Assembly: GCA_951406725.2 (NCBI GenBank)
Contig: OX597819.1
Coordinates: forward strand, 101,990,001 to 102,054,000
Direction: 5' to 3'
Source of the DNA: Octopus vulgaris
Lineage: Eukaryota
Length of the DNA stretch: 64,000 nucleotides
The translations under genes and the position numbers were made by a program. Each line of letters opens with the position of its first letter. The first letter of the stretch is position 1. Below the pieces are notes generated by a model. That model had not been told where the DNA came from. It made no database searches and worked only from the letters and a program-made list of their open reading frames with translations. This document shows, piece by piece, positions 28,528 to 42,827 of the stretch.

Positions 28528-28931
28528 GCTGTATGGTAAGAAGCTTCCTTCCCAACCACATGGTTCCGGGTTCAGTCCCATTGCGTGGCGCCGTGGAAAA
28601 ATATCATCTATAGCCTCGGGCGGACCGAAACCTTGGGAGTAGATTTGGTAGACTGAAACTGAAAGAAGCCCGTTGTATATATATATGTATATATTTTGTG
28701 TGTGTGTTTGAGTCTGTGTATGTCCCCCCCCCACCATCATGGCTTGACAACCGATAATGGTGTGTTTACGTCCCAGTAACTTAGTGGTTCGATGGAATAA
28801 ACCAATAGAATAAGTACCAGTCTTATAAAGAATTTGACAGGGGGTCGATTTCTTCGACTAAAAAGCGGTGCTCCAGCTTGGCTCCGGTGAAATGACGGAA
28901 ACATATAAAAGTATAAAAGATTAATAAAGAA
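28528..28931 (+). mobile_element. SINE family B, near full length
   Basis: Colinear with 25374-25828. Confidence 0.88.
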
Positions 28932-29092
28932 TACAAATACAGATATACATTCTCACGCATACACACATACACATATTAACGTATGAAATCTACAGTTTAT
29001 GGCTGACAGGCACACCCATTTATATACGTGTATATCTTTGTGTATGTGTATATACAAACACACACACACACACATATATATATATATGTATG

Positions 29093-29166
<74 letters not shown>

Positions 29167-29268
29167 TGCAAATATGTATGTACTATATAAATATTCATAT
29201 AACATGCATACCTATGTAGATATATATTTATATATAAATGTATGTATATATGTATATATATATGTATA

Positions 29269-29316
<48 letters not shown>

Positions 29317-29719
29317 GTATGTACGTATATATGTATACATATGATATGATAATACAAACACACAAACATACATCATACATTTATACGTACATACTTAAGT
29401 TAGATATAGTTTCATATACAAGCCGAGATAATAGAGTTAATTATTTGCCGATTTCCAGTCCCCCTGTTTAGGAACAGCTCTAAAGAAAGGGTAGAAATGT
29501 CATACCTAAATTTGGCACTCTCTGGGAAATGTCAGAGACCAAAGAACCAACAGATGAGGAGGTATCATGCAACATAATCACGCCCTCCACTTACACAAGT
29601 GACATTGATATAAATACTCACAAACATACACATACACACTTAAACACACGTACTCATACATACATATACATATACATGTATGAAATATACGCAGAAATAT
29701 GTCTATTTATGGGTTTATA

Positions 29720-29769
<50 letters not shown>

Positions 29770-29977
29770 CATATATATATGCACGCGTGTATGTGTATAC
29801 ACACACACGCATATATATATGTGTGTGTGTGTGTGTGTTTGTATTTATGAACATTTAAATATATTTGCCAATATATGTTCTTTCATGTATATATATATAT
29901 ATGCATATATATATGTATATATATATGTGTATATATATATATATGTATGTGTATATATATCTATATCTATATCTCTA

Positions 29978-30032
<55 letters not shown>

Positions 30033-30033
30033 T

Positions 30034-30067
<34 letters not shown>

Positions 30068-30767
30068 ATGCACACACACATGCACATTCATATACATACA
30101 CATATAGCACAATTATGTATGTGTATATATGCATATCAGTATATATATACGTATATGTGTGTATACGTATATATATATAAACGCACACATTCAAATATAC
30201 ACATACCAACACACACACACTTAGTGACAAGAGATATTAACATATCAGAAACTACGGCGATCCCTTTCGTTGTGAAAGAGAGAATCAGAGATGAAGAGAG
30301 AGAGGGTGAGAGAGAGAGAGACAAAGAAAGAGAAAGGGAGAGAGGGGAGAGAAAGAGGAAGAAGGAGTGAGAGAAAAAGAGAGATTATGACAAGAAGAGG
30401 TAGAGAGAGAGTATGACAGAAAGGAGAGAGGGAGATTATGAGAGAAAGAAGGAAACAAACAAACAAACAACCAAAGAAAGAAAGAACGAAAGAGAGAGAG
30501 AACGCGGGTCGATGCTGATACTAATAATACTGGTTCATGTTGTTAGCATTGGCAGTAGCTGTGGTTCTACTGTAACTCGGTAGTTATTTTAGTGATGGAG
30601 CTGCTACTATTGTTGTTGTGTTTATTATTGTTCTTCTTTGGGCCATGGTCAGTTCACAAAGAGGATATATCTACGTATGAGATTTTTAACGCAGATTGTG
30701 AACTATAGCGTCGGTTATTGTATATTACCAACGATTGGTCACTGATTCACTATATTTCTAATGGTCA

Positions 30768-30999
30768 AGGCGGCGAGCTGCCAGAAACGTTAGCATGCCG
30801 GGCGAAATGCGTAGCCGTATTTCGTCTGCCGTTACGTTCTGAGTTCAAATTCCGCCGAGATCGACTTTGCCTTTCATCGTTTCGGGGTCGATTAAATAAG
30901 TACCATTTACGCACTGGGGTCGATATAATCGACTTAATCCGTTTGTCTGTCTTTGTTTGTCCCCTCTGTGTTTAGTCCCTTGTGGGTAGTAAAGAAATA
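30768..30999 (+). mobile_element. SINE family A monomer with a 17-bp target-site duplication
   Basis: Intact head and B box gagttcaaattcc; flanked by tatatttctaatggtca (30751-30767) and tatatttctaattgtca (31000-31016). Confidence 0.93.
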
Positions 31000-31059
31000 T
31001 ATATTTCTAATTGTCATGACAATAATATCGACTTCGTAGTTTTGTGCGGAACAAATATT

Positions 31060-31248
31060 TGCTTCGAATTTTAGCAGAAGGACAACAATTTCGACCCCCA
31101 ACTTTCAGATAGTACTTATTTTATCGACCACTAAATTGTGAAAGGCGAAGTCGACCTCACCGGTATTTGAACAGAGAACGTAAAGACGGACGAAATACCG
31201 TGAAGTATTTTGCTCGAATAGCTAAACACTCTGCTAGCTCACCGCCTT
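31060..31248 (-). mobile_element. SINE family A, older copy with the alternative tail
   Basis: gaaaggcgaagtcgacctc..gacggacgaaataccg..agctcaccgcct on the plus strand. Confidence 0.8.
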
Positions 31249-31401
31249 GTGTAGAACTAATATTACAGGGAATTATGTATTAAAATCCCGTTTCCACCTC
31301 CTTTTTTTCTCACGTGTGTTACTAAGCGATATATATGTGGGTAAATGTGTGTGCGCGAACGTGTACATATGCTCTTGAGACGATATATATATATATTATA
31401 T

Positions 31402-31616
31402 ACTCTTTACTCTTTTACTTGTTTCAGTCATTTGACTGCGGCCATGCTGGAGCACCGCCTTTAGTTGAGCAAATCGACCCCAGGACTTATTCGTTGTAAG
31501 CCCAGTACTTATTCTATCGGTCTCTTTTGCCGAACCGCTAGGTGACGGGGACGTAAACACACCAGCATCGGTTGTCAAGCAATGCTAGGGGGACAAACAC
31601 AGACACACAAACATAT

Positions 31617-31652
<36 letters not shown>

Positions 31653-31810
31653 ATACATACGACAGGCTTCTTTCAGTTTCCGTCTACCAAATCCACTCAT
31701 AAGGCATTGGTCGGCCCGAGGCTATAGCCCAAGATGCCACGCAGTGGGATTGAACTCGGAACCATGTAGTTGGTAAGCAAGCTTCTTACCACACAGCCAC
31801 TCCTGCGCCT
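31402..31810 (-). mobile_element. SINE family B, full length
   Basis: Reverse complement is colinear with 25374-25828. Confidence 0.9.
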
Positions 31811-31819
31811 ATATACATA

Positions 31820-32118
31820 CTTTCTTTTATTTGTTTGCAGTCATCTAACTGGAGTGCCACCTTGAATAGTTTTGATCGAACATAACAACCTCAGGTCATT
31901 TTTTAAAAGCCTAGTACTTATTCTATCGGTCTCTTTGCCGATCTGCTAGGTTACTGGGACGTAAACACACCAAAACCGGTCGTCAAATGGTGAAGAGGGG
32001 ACAAACACAGGCACACAGAGAGATATACACAAACATACACACACACACATATATTTCGCTTTCCGCCTACCAAATCGACTCACAAGGCTTTGGTCGGCCC
32101 GAGACTATAGTAGAAGAC
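31820..32118 (-). mobile_element. SINE family B, 5'-truncated
   Basis: Second copy in tandem, lacking the tRNA head. Confidence 0.8.
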
Positions 32119-32155
32119 CCACAGACAATAGTACATGCACTGGCACTACGTTGTT

Positions 32156-33001
32156 GGGTGTCCCAGAAGGCACTGGTGGGTTTCAATTTTTAGTAGCCTC
32201 CTTAACTTTACAAATAAATGCATGAAATTTGATTCAATATAAAGGACATAATGGTAATTAATAAGCAGCAGTGAAATTTTGTAGCACCACTACATCAGAT
32301 ATGAAAATTGACATCACTGAAATGGCAGCAATTTCCGGCTTCGCACGCCCGTGCTCTATCCAAAACTTGCATCATAACACCCTCAAGAGTTTCAGACAAA
32401 TTTTCTTGGTTTTATTGATGTTTTTCAGGGTCTCCGGTTTGTTGACGTAAACCTTATCTTTCAGGTAATCCTACAAGAAAAAATCCGGGATAGTTAAGGT
32501 TGGAGAACGTGAAGGCCATTCAAAGTAGACCTCACACATAGTTCCGGCAAGATGGGGCAACTGCTCATACCGCAGGAGAAACAATGCAGTTGCTACGGTA
32601 GTGCTTTGGGGAGAGAATAATCTCCAGCTACGACAGTGTCAACTGGCCTTCACATTCCCCAGACTTGACTAGCCCGGATTGTTTCTTGTGGGGATACTAA
32701 ATGAGAGGGTTTACGTCAACAAGCCGGAGACCAAGGTGCTACTGAAGGAGAACATCAAGAGAGAAATCTTGAGGGTGCTGTGGTGCAAGTTGTGGAAAGA
32801 GCACGGGCGTGCGAAGCCGAAAATGGCTACCGTTTAAGCGATGTCCTTTTTCACATGTGATGTAGTGGCGTTGCAAAATTTGACTAGTGCATATAAATTT
32901 CCATTATATCCTTTAAATGGTAACAAAATTTCATACGTTTATTTGTAAAGTTAAGGAAGTTATTAAAATTGAAATCTCTGAGTGCCTTTCGGGACACCTT
33001 G
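32156..33001. mobile_element. Fold-back Tc1/mariner (DD41D, rosa/VS-like) derivative with ~360-bp inverted arms
   Basis: Arms 32156-32518 and 32644-33001 are imperfect reverse complements (gggtgtccc..aaggcact termini). The plus strand from 32542 reads FRQDGATAHTA..WPSHSPDLTSPDCFLWGY, with 41 residues between the second and third Asp. Confidence 0.88.
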
Positions 33002-33011
33002 TGTATACACA

Positions 33012-33078
<67 letters not shown>

Positions 33079-33091
33079 GAATATGTATATG

Positions 33092-33169
<78 letters not shown>

Positions 33170-33171
33170 TA

Positions 33172-33556
33172 GACGCAGTAGTGGCTGTGTGGTAAGTAGC
33201 TTCCGGATTCAGTTCCACTGCGTAGCACCTTGTGCAAGTGTCTTCTACTATAGCCTCGGGCCGACCAAAGCCTTGTGAGTGGATTTGGTAGACAGAAACT
33301 GAAAGAAGCCCGTCGTATATATGTATGTGCCTGTATATGTGTGTGTATGTGTGTTTGTGCGTCTGTGTTTGTCCCTCCAACATCGCTTGACAACCGATGC
33401 TGGTGTGTTTACGTTCCCGTAAAAAGAGAACGATAGAATAGAATACTAGGCTTACAAGGAATAAGTCCTGGGGTCGATTTGCTCGACTAAAGGCAGTGCT
33501 CCAGCATGGCCGCAGTCAAATGACTGGAGCAAGTAAAAAAGTAAAAGAGTAAAAGA
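33172..33556 (+). mobile_element. SINE family B, near full length
   Basis: Colinear with 25374-25828 apart from two short deletions. Confidence 0.9.
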
Positions 33557-34014
33557 CACATACACACATAGATAGATAGATAGATACACACACACATATA
33601 TATATAAACATATATGTATATATATACATACATATATGTATGTATGCATGTGTGTGTGTATGTGTGTGTGCTTAAATATGAGTGCGTGTAACTGTGTATG
33701 TATGTCTGTGTGTTTGTGTGTATTATACCAGTGCCGTATTTGACGCACATCAGTGTCTTTCACACACATGGTGTCAGGTGGAAATCGTAAACTTCTACGA
33801 AAGGAACAAAAGTAACATTTAATATATGGTGGAATATATATTGTTGAATTATAAGAATATTTTCTACCTTTTAACCATTAACATACATATGTATGAATAT
33901 ATTTGGAGTTATTGTGCGTTGTTCACAACAGGACCCTGATATAAAATATACTTTTGCAATATTACATCACGTTTCACTGACATTTGCTACTTTATAGTTA
34001 AGAAGTACGTATCT

Positions 34015-34085
<71 letters not shown>

Positions 34086-35540
34086 GCATTTTGTCCTTTC
34101 ACGCCACGCACGCACACACACACATATATGTATGCATATGCATATATGTATATACATATATTTATATATGTATATATATATGTATATACATATATTTATA
34201 TATGTACATAAGTACGTATGTATATATATATATATATATATATATGTCTGTATAGTCCTTTCAGTGAGCTATGTGTCTCATGCAACTCACATATATTCTA
34301 TCCACATACACACACACACACTCACATGCATGCTGTTTCTCTATCAAGACTTGTATTTGAATTACATATTTCTCTCAGTTTATTGTCACTATACTTCTCT
34401 ACTTATTATTATGATTGAACACAATAAGCTCACATAGACTCACTCACACCATTCCTACATATATGCCTGAAACACTTCATCTCTTTTTCTTTTCTCCGTT
34501 TTTTTTGTGTTTTTTTTGTTTTCTTATATATATTTGTGTAACTTCTGCCAGTAAAAACTAAATTTTAAATAAACAAAACCAAGAAGCACTTACTTTTAAA
34601 TCTTATTTCCGTCGCCCATTTTCTGTCGCCGCAGTTTGAGGCTGATTTCGTTCGAACAACATATATTACACTATTAGATTTTCGTTACATTCTGGGATTT
34701 ACGATCTCGTATTTTGTTCTCTCAAATTTATCTTTTCCTCTCTTTTCCTTTACATACTCACGCTCTGTCTCTCAAATGAAAGAAAAAACCCTGTTGTCAA
34801 CCCTTTCAGATTTAAAAACCACTACACGAATTTTCGAATTGATTTTTTTTTACTGTGAGACGCTGTTGAAATACCACACAAACACATACACAGGGAAATA
34901 CTGTGGTTTATATTCACATACCTTTAACCTGCCAGTACCTTCCTATATTACACTCTCAGTACCTTAACTATCATACACAGACGTACTCTTACACACCCTC
35001 AAGTATTCTTTTTGAAGCAACCTAATTAATCCTCCCTCCCACGGACATATATATCATTAACATTATTACACTCACTTTTTGATTTTTCTGTAAAGCAACC
35101 GGCAATATCTACAATGGGATTAACGAAAATGGTATTGAGAACGTCATCAGAAGATGCACAATGAGAGAATCTCAACGTGCTATAAATTGTAGCAGCCAGT
35201 ATACCTTAAAGTCATACGTTACTGTCTTAAATTTGAAGAATTCATAAGACAATTCAATCTGTAAACGTATCTAAGTAATAAGATGGGATAAGTAGGCTTT
35301 ATTTTGAACCATACAGCACGTGACCCACCATATAGAGCATTTTGTATATTCTTTAAGTAAAAGGTTCTTTCGCCAGTTCTTTCTTTGTATCGAAGACATT
35401 CTAACCATATTTTTTTTCTTTGCTCAACCGACTATTTGAGTTTTCTTTATTGATCAACATCTACTCTTCTAAGCTTTCCTCCACAATTCTATGACTGTTT
35501 CCAAACCGCCAAAGATTTTCTTTAAAACAATCTAAGATTT

Positions 35541-35679
35541 TACTACTACTACTACTACTACTACTAACTGACTGACTACTTCAATGGTTTAGTAATCAAC
35601 TGAATATGAAAATTGGTTGATGTGTTTGTTAATTTTACAAATACTTCCATGAAGGCAAATACTATTATGCGCACGTATT

Positions 35680-35714
<35 letters not shown>

Positions 35715-35718
35715 TCAT

Positions 35719-35767
<49 letters not shown>

Positions 35768-35768
35768 G
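35541..35768 (+). repeat. 115-bp cassette (35566-35680) flanked on both sides by (TAC)n, copy 1
   Basis: Reverse complement of 45401-45515 with 2 mismatches. Confidence 0.93.
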
Positions 35769-36237
35769 CTATAAAATCTTCAACAGGGCATTATGCAAAA
35801 GACCAAGCTGGAAACCCACAGCAGCTAACTTTACTAGGAAGTGCTACAATGCGCCATCCATTGACAAAGAAACACCTCATTGTCCGAATTGTCCGAAAGT
35901 GATATTTGGTTCTCTTCATCTGGTGAGAAATGTCAAATCTGTCTCATAGTACAAAGTAAGTTCAAATACGGTGATTGGTTTTGCCATCTAGGATAGCAGG
36001 GGTATGTCTGGTCGGATCGTTATTGAAGACACCTCCTCGAGGTGTATCAATAATTTCAGGTCCACTGACATCCACCGGGCTGAGACTGATTCTGAATGAG
36101 AAAACGGATCCACTACTGCTGCTTTCGCCTTTGGAATGTTTGTTGTCACTTTTTTTCTGTGCCGGTATTCTACTCTGGGGTAATGATGGCGTATTATACA
36201 TACATACATATATACATACATGTGTACGTTGTTTGTG

Positions 36238-36296
<59 letters not shown>

Positions 36297-36737
36297 TCTT
36301 GCACCTGCTGTCACAAATCACATAAAATCGATATTTGCTTGAGAAATTAATGTAATTAATTCCTTGCAATTTTTGTGCTAATTGATTCGTTGTGGCTAGT
36401 TACCTGGATCCTCACTTCAAGCTATAACCGGACTCACCGTTTATCCTTTTTTTCCCCTTGATCTTCTTTTAAATATTTATAAAAATAAAATATACAGGTC
36501 CTCGTATATTCTCGACTGGCTTATATATTTACATGTCAGAAGCACTTCTCCTATATCTGATAGACATATACTACTCATTGCTTACCGATCAAATTAACAT
36601 TTTCTGTTCTGTTCACAGTTATAACGATACTTCAAACGGGATTAAGTAGAAGCCGACGAGAGCCGAACCGAAGGCAAATTCAACAATAACTATCAAAAGC
36701 AAAAAGCGAACAAGGTCTGTTAGAAGCATGCTTGGTT

Positions 36738-37152
36738 AGGCGGCGGGCTGGCAGAATGGTTAGCACGCCGGTTGAAATGCGTAGCCGTATTTCGTCTGGC
36801 GTTACGTTCTGAGTTCAAATTCCGCTGAGGTCGACTTTGCTTTTCATCCTTTCAGGATCGATAAATTAAGTACCAGTTACACGCTGGGATCGATGTAATC
36901 GACGTAATTCCTTTGTCTGTTCTTCTTTGTCCCCTCTGTGTTTAGCCCCTTGTGGGTAGTAAAGAAATGGGTATTTCGTCCGCTGCTGCGTTCTGAGTTC
37001 AAATTCTGCCGAGGTCGACTTTACCTTATACTTTTCGGAGTCGATAAATTAAATACCAGTTACGCACTGGGGTCGATGGAATCGACTTAATCCGTTTGTC
37101 TGTCCTTGTTTGTCCCTTCTATGTTTAGCCCCTTGTGGGCAATAAAGAAATA
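36738..37152 (+). mobile_element. SINE family A dimer with a 15-bp target-site duplication
   Basis: A full unit plus a second unit starting at tatttcgtcc; flanked by agaagcatgcttggt (36722-36736) and agaagcacgcttggt (37153-37167). Confidence 0.93.
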
Positions 37153-38547
37153 AGAAGCACGCTTGGTGCAAATAGGGGTATGCAGCTTTTAATGTTTGCT
37201 CTTCGTGGTACTAACCATTGCACCTGATATTTCCTGTAACTCATGCCAACTTTTGTTTCAATTTTTTTTTGCTAACACTAAAAATTTTAACGCCATCCGT
37301 TAAAATATATAACAGCGTGATAACATAATACAATCCTAGGTGATTAGATATGGAGGTTGTAATACAGAAATTCAAGTAACAAAAGTGAACATCATCTTTA
37401 AAATGCAAAGCTCAAATCAGCGGTGCGGAAGTTAAGCTGTATTGGTGTATGTACTGGAATTATTTAAATCACTTGTTGCAGATTAAAACCGGCACCATAA
37501 CCACATCTTCTGCATACTTGCTGATGCACTCAACAATAATGCTACTGCATAGGTGCAATGAAACTCGGCATCAAGGGGGATAAACAAGGATAATACAGGA
37601 GCACAAATAATTGATAATGCCAGCCTCTTTAATACCCATTAGATATTCCAGATATAGAGGATCAACAACCTCATACGTATTTCCATGCAATATTGCAAGC
37701 ACTAAAAAATGCTTTGATCTTATTTATAAAATATAGCGTCCGGAATGGTGCGCTCTCGGTTATTCGAAAAAGCAACGACAAATGGGCACAGAAAAAGGGT
37801 GACCTAATAATTTCTTTCTCCCTTTCCCTCGATCTATATATTCATGAACTAGTTTGAAAGCCGCCTTATCGAGTGGCTTTTGAGCTAGCTCCTGTAGAAC
37901 GCCCCTCACTGGGCCTTGACCCCAATAATGTCACTTCATGCATTGAGTACATAATAAATTTTATTAAACTTGACCAATATTTTTCAAGCAATGAATAATT
38001 TTCTTGAAAACAATGATATAATATGTCGACTTGGAAGCTGCATGATAAACAACATTTTTTGTCTTCGCATTCGGGGATCAGTACAATTTTTTTTCTGTCT
38101 AACTTCTTTCTTTCTCTCTCTCTCTCTCTCTCTCTCTTTCTGTTGACTGTTTCAACCATCACCAGTACCACCATTCCCAACACAACCGCCACATAAACAC
38201 CATTCAGACTTCTGACGCCACTACCATCAACCCCTTTGTCTTTGCCACCATCCGCCACACACCACCACCACTGTCTTCTGCATCCCTTACTATCACCAAC
38301 AAACACCATCATCATTACCGTCGCCTCCGTCTCTATCACAACTACAGCTTATACTGTTACAATCACCCCTTTACAATCTCAACTGTCAATCTGCTACCGC
38401 TCTCACCGTTTCTGTACCCACTATCACTCTCACCCCAACAAGAGGAGTAGAGGAAGAGTCATTGAATAGTGAGAGGTGGGGTTAAAGCGTGGCAAACTGA
38501 CGCACAGAAATTTGCATCGGCATTTATTATTATAGATCTAAAATTGT

Positions 38548-38905
38548 TTTCAAATTTTGGCACAAGGACAGCAATTTCAGGGGAAGGGGTAAGGCGATTA
38601 AATTGCCGCCTAACTGGTTCTTTGTTTATGAAAACCGAACATGAAATACGAAAACATGGAATACGAGCTTTTATTGTGAAGAACGAAAGAAACAATTGGA
38701 AAATCCAACAAGTAGCATAAAGAACGATCCTTCATCAGTTGTCGGCTATTGTATCTACTCCGCATTTCGAGCAATATATACATATATTGGTGTGTGTGTT
38801 TCAAATTATACCACAAGGCCAGTAACTTCGAAGGATGAGGTAAGTCGACTACATCGGCCCTGGTGCTTAACTGATACTTATACCAATGTTAATGACTTTG
38901 AGAAG
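38548..38905 (-). mobile_element. Two SINE family A 3' fragments
   Basis: tttcaaattttggcacaaggacagcaatttc (38548-) and ttcaaattataccacaaggccag..gatgaaaggaaaagttgac (38800-38903). Confidence 0.6.
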
Positions 38906-38985
38906 ATGAAAGGAAAAGTTGACAGACGAAATATATATATATATATGTATATATGTATATATATATATATGTATATATGTATGTA

Positions 38986-39044
<59 letters not shown>

Positions 39045-39172
39045 AAGACGGGCTTCAGCTATAATAGTAGAACGTGCCACGCTGTGGGACTGAACCCCGA
39101 CTGTGATCGGGAAACAAACATCTTTCTACATAGCCACGCTTGCTTATATAGATACATATATAAATTAATACT

Positions 39173-39260
<88 letters not shown>

Positions 39261-39273
39261 AATATATATATAC

Positions 39274-39336
<63 letters not shown>

Positions 39337-39574
39337 GTACAAGAGAACGTACATCAGAAGAAGTAAAAAAATACATTTAAATATTAGAAGTCCTGGGTGT
39401 CAGAGAGATAAAGTAATTGGCTAACATAAAAATGTTAAAACAGAAAAGTAAAAGAAGTAAAAATGAAACAGATAACATCACTGTTTATCGATGGGTCCTC
39501 AGACAAAATACTTTCGATTTCTTCGATTGGTGGTGTAAAATATTGAGCTGGTATATGCACACATGGTAGTAGAC

Positions 39575-39820
39575 CGTGAAAGGCGGTTCCGCGATTTCTT
39601 GTGGTCAAATGTTTGTATTGTACATTAGCTCACTCCCTCCGTTCAAATCGACATTGCCTGTATACGTGAACGGTGTACCACGTGTCAGATGTAGAAGTGG
39701 CTACAGACCAACGTGAAATGAAGTGCTTGGCTGAAGAAATACGTCGCTCTGTCCAGTTCGGTAAGCGAAACTACGATCTTGTGTTCGTGATTACAACACT
39801 CTAGCCACAAGTCTACGCCG
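39575..39820 (-). mobile_element. Degraded SINE (family C-related)
   Basis: caacgtgaaatgaagtgcttggc..cgaaactacgatcttgtgttcgtga..tagccac is the reverse of a tRNA-like head; similar to 24995-25220. Confidence 0.5.
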
Positions 39821-40975
39821 TCCATAGACTTGTCCAACACACGTACTAGCACAAACACACACATACTCATACATAGACACAAACCCTAATATACATATAT
39901 AACAAACGTTTGTATATATATATGTGTGATTATATGTGAATGTGTAAACTATTGAAGTATGAGGCATTGCTTTGGTTACAGACTTTTGGTCCAGGATAAG
40001 ATATGTCAATCTGTTTGACAATGATGACTGAAATACATACTTAGTAAAATTCCGATCTGTAGTCGGCCATTAGTTGACTAATACAAGGTCTTTCTATATT
40101 ATTAGTAATTGTTAGCTTATAACAGCTTGTTGGCCGGTCAGGAGACAAATATGTATAACATAGTTCAATATAGAAGAAGCACAATATATTTGTCGTACAG
40201 TTATTTGAGGAACTGAAGTGCAAATCCTCTGACCAACAAGGTCATATATTCGTGGATTCCACGTAATTCAACCTGATAATCAATGATAGGTTTTAAACCT
40301 AGACTTTAATATATGCCACTACCTGAAGGTCCTCCAGTGCAAACAATCCCACCTGCCGTAGGAAATTTTTTCATTGACAATTCTAATTTTCTCCTTATTT
40401 TAAGGTAATCTTGTTTTAAAAATCTTGAGAAATATTATTCTGTAATAATTTTGCAAGGATCAGTCATTAGAGTTAGGGGTTAATTGGGAATTCCCTTTAA
40501 AGGTTTTGTCAGTCAGATCATTTTATGCAGAATATTTATTTCAGGCTGGTACTTGGTTTATCACTCTCTATTTATCGAACCGGCAACGTCTGGGATGTAG
40601 ATGGACACTACATAAACACAAACACACACATATGCTTAAGCACACATATATGTTTGTGTTTATCTGACAATGATTGTTTTAGTTACTGCAGTTCCCAAGT
40701 TCAAATCTATTGGATTAGAGATGGGTAAATTCGAATTTCAAAGACGTATTTTGGTTATGGGACTTATTCCTCGTGTCAATTTGCAGCATCTACCTTTCAG
40801 GACTCTTGCTGAAGATATAACTGCGCAGAAACACATGCATCCATCCAACAGTCTGTAGGGAGCTCTGCGAGCTGACTCGGTGTGTTTACACCTGTCTGTC
40901 TACTGCGAGAAATTTTCTTCATGACAAAATACAGTGAATAGCATTATTAGGGGTTCGAATTTACCTCAAGCATAT

Positions 40976-41013
<38 letters not shown>

Positions 41014-41225
41014 GTGATATCTCGGATTTAGCAACTCTTTCACACTATATGTCTATATGAGATGCTTTCTTAAGACAAATACAGCAGGACTGTGGCTTTC
41101 TTACAGTTTGTACTCAAGGTATAGAAATTGCTATACATACACATGTGTGTGACTTAATAAGTATTGATAAATATGAAATACATATATATATATATATATA
41201 TATATACATACATACATACGTACAT

Positions 41226-41260
<35 letters not shown>

Positions 41261-42505
41261 GCATTCGAGATACACTGTTTGCGTTGACAACGCAGTATAA
41301 ATTAATTTATAGCATGGGATATGATTGGATTTACGGCCTCGCTCTTCAGGCCTATTCAATCTCCAAATGGTGTATAACAATTTTTCTTTACCTATTGTGG
41401 AATTTAAAAGGATTCGAGGTGCGTGACTGTGAATATATTCATATATGAGTGTATATGAGAGAGTGAGAAGGACGCATAATCAAATCTACACACACACACG
41501 CAGAAATTTACGCATACACACTGAAACACCGACCGATACATACATGTTATACCGACACAGATAAAGGCAGTGACAGTGAGTAATAAACATACACAGCTAC
41601 ATGAATATGCATGAAATCATCTGTTAAGAAGTAAAATAACAAAAAAAAAAAAAAAGAAAAAAAAGACAGAAAACTCGAACACATTGCAATAGATTTGGTA
41701 GAGCAAATTTTCCTTTATTTAAGTAATAGATTGCTGAATAGAGCTACGCAATGGTTTATATATAACCCGCACTTGTTTGTAACAGACTTTCACAGTGTAT
41801 ATATATATATATTTATATATATATATATATATATACATACATATACCAATATATATATGTATATAGCTGTGGGTTTAGTTCAGTTTTGTATTTCGTTTGT
41901 GTTTGTGATATTTGTATAGATGGTGAGTATCTATACATAGGTATCGCCCACTTAATCATTATATGTGTCCATCATCCGAATGTATGTATATATCCTTATG
42001 AGTATATGTATGCACACGTACGTGTTCTTGCGTGTGTTGTATATCTGCTTATAAATCAAAATGTAATTTAATGGAGCCAAACTTTCCATAATTGTTCGAA
42101 TAGAAAAATTTTTTAAGAACACCTCTAATGTATATAAATGTATATACAACATATACATACATATGTAAGTTCTTGTGATCTGCTTCATATTTTTTCTCTT
42201 TTTTCCGGTTTTTTTTTTCTTTATCTTTCACAAATTGTATCAACTATTACACTTAAAATGTTTTTTATATTTATTTTTTGTTCATTTTGCACAAAATCTC
42301 ACAACCTTCCAATCGAGATAAAAGCACGCTATATATATCAATCACCCAAAATACATAAATTGTAATATGTGGGTAAACAGTCAAACACACAAACTATGAT
42401 GGGTTAGATTTCTATTCTTGCGTGTATGCATATATAAATGTATATGTGTATATATATATATACATATATATGTGTGTGTATGTATATGTGTACATATGTA
42501 TATAA

Positions 42506-42547
<42 letters not shown>

Positions 42548-42792
42548 GTATATATATCTGTGTGCGTATATGTGTGTATATGTGCATGTTTATTTCTCGG
42601 TGTGTCTGAATGTTTTTTTAAAATCATTTTTGTGTTGTATTTTTCTGCAATTCTTTTGCCTTTATACATCATGTTTTCCCTATCTTATGATGTATTTATC
42701 ACCGAAGAGTTATTTGTTACTCAGTTTGGCTTTTGAAATCAACGCCGGTAAAGATGTTGAAGATGACGATATAATAATACCAATACCAATAC

Positions 42793-42827
<35 letters not shown>

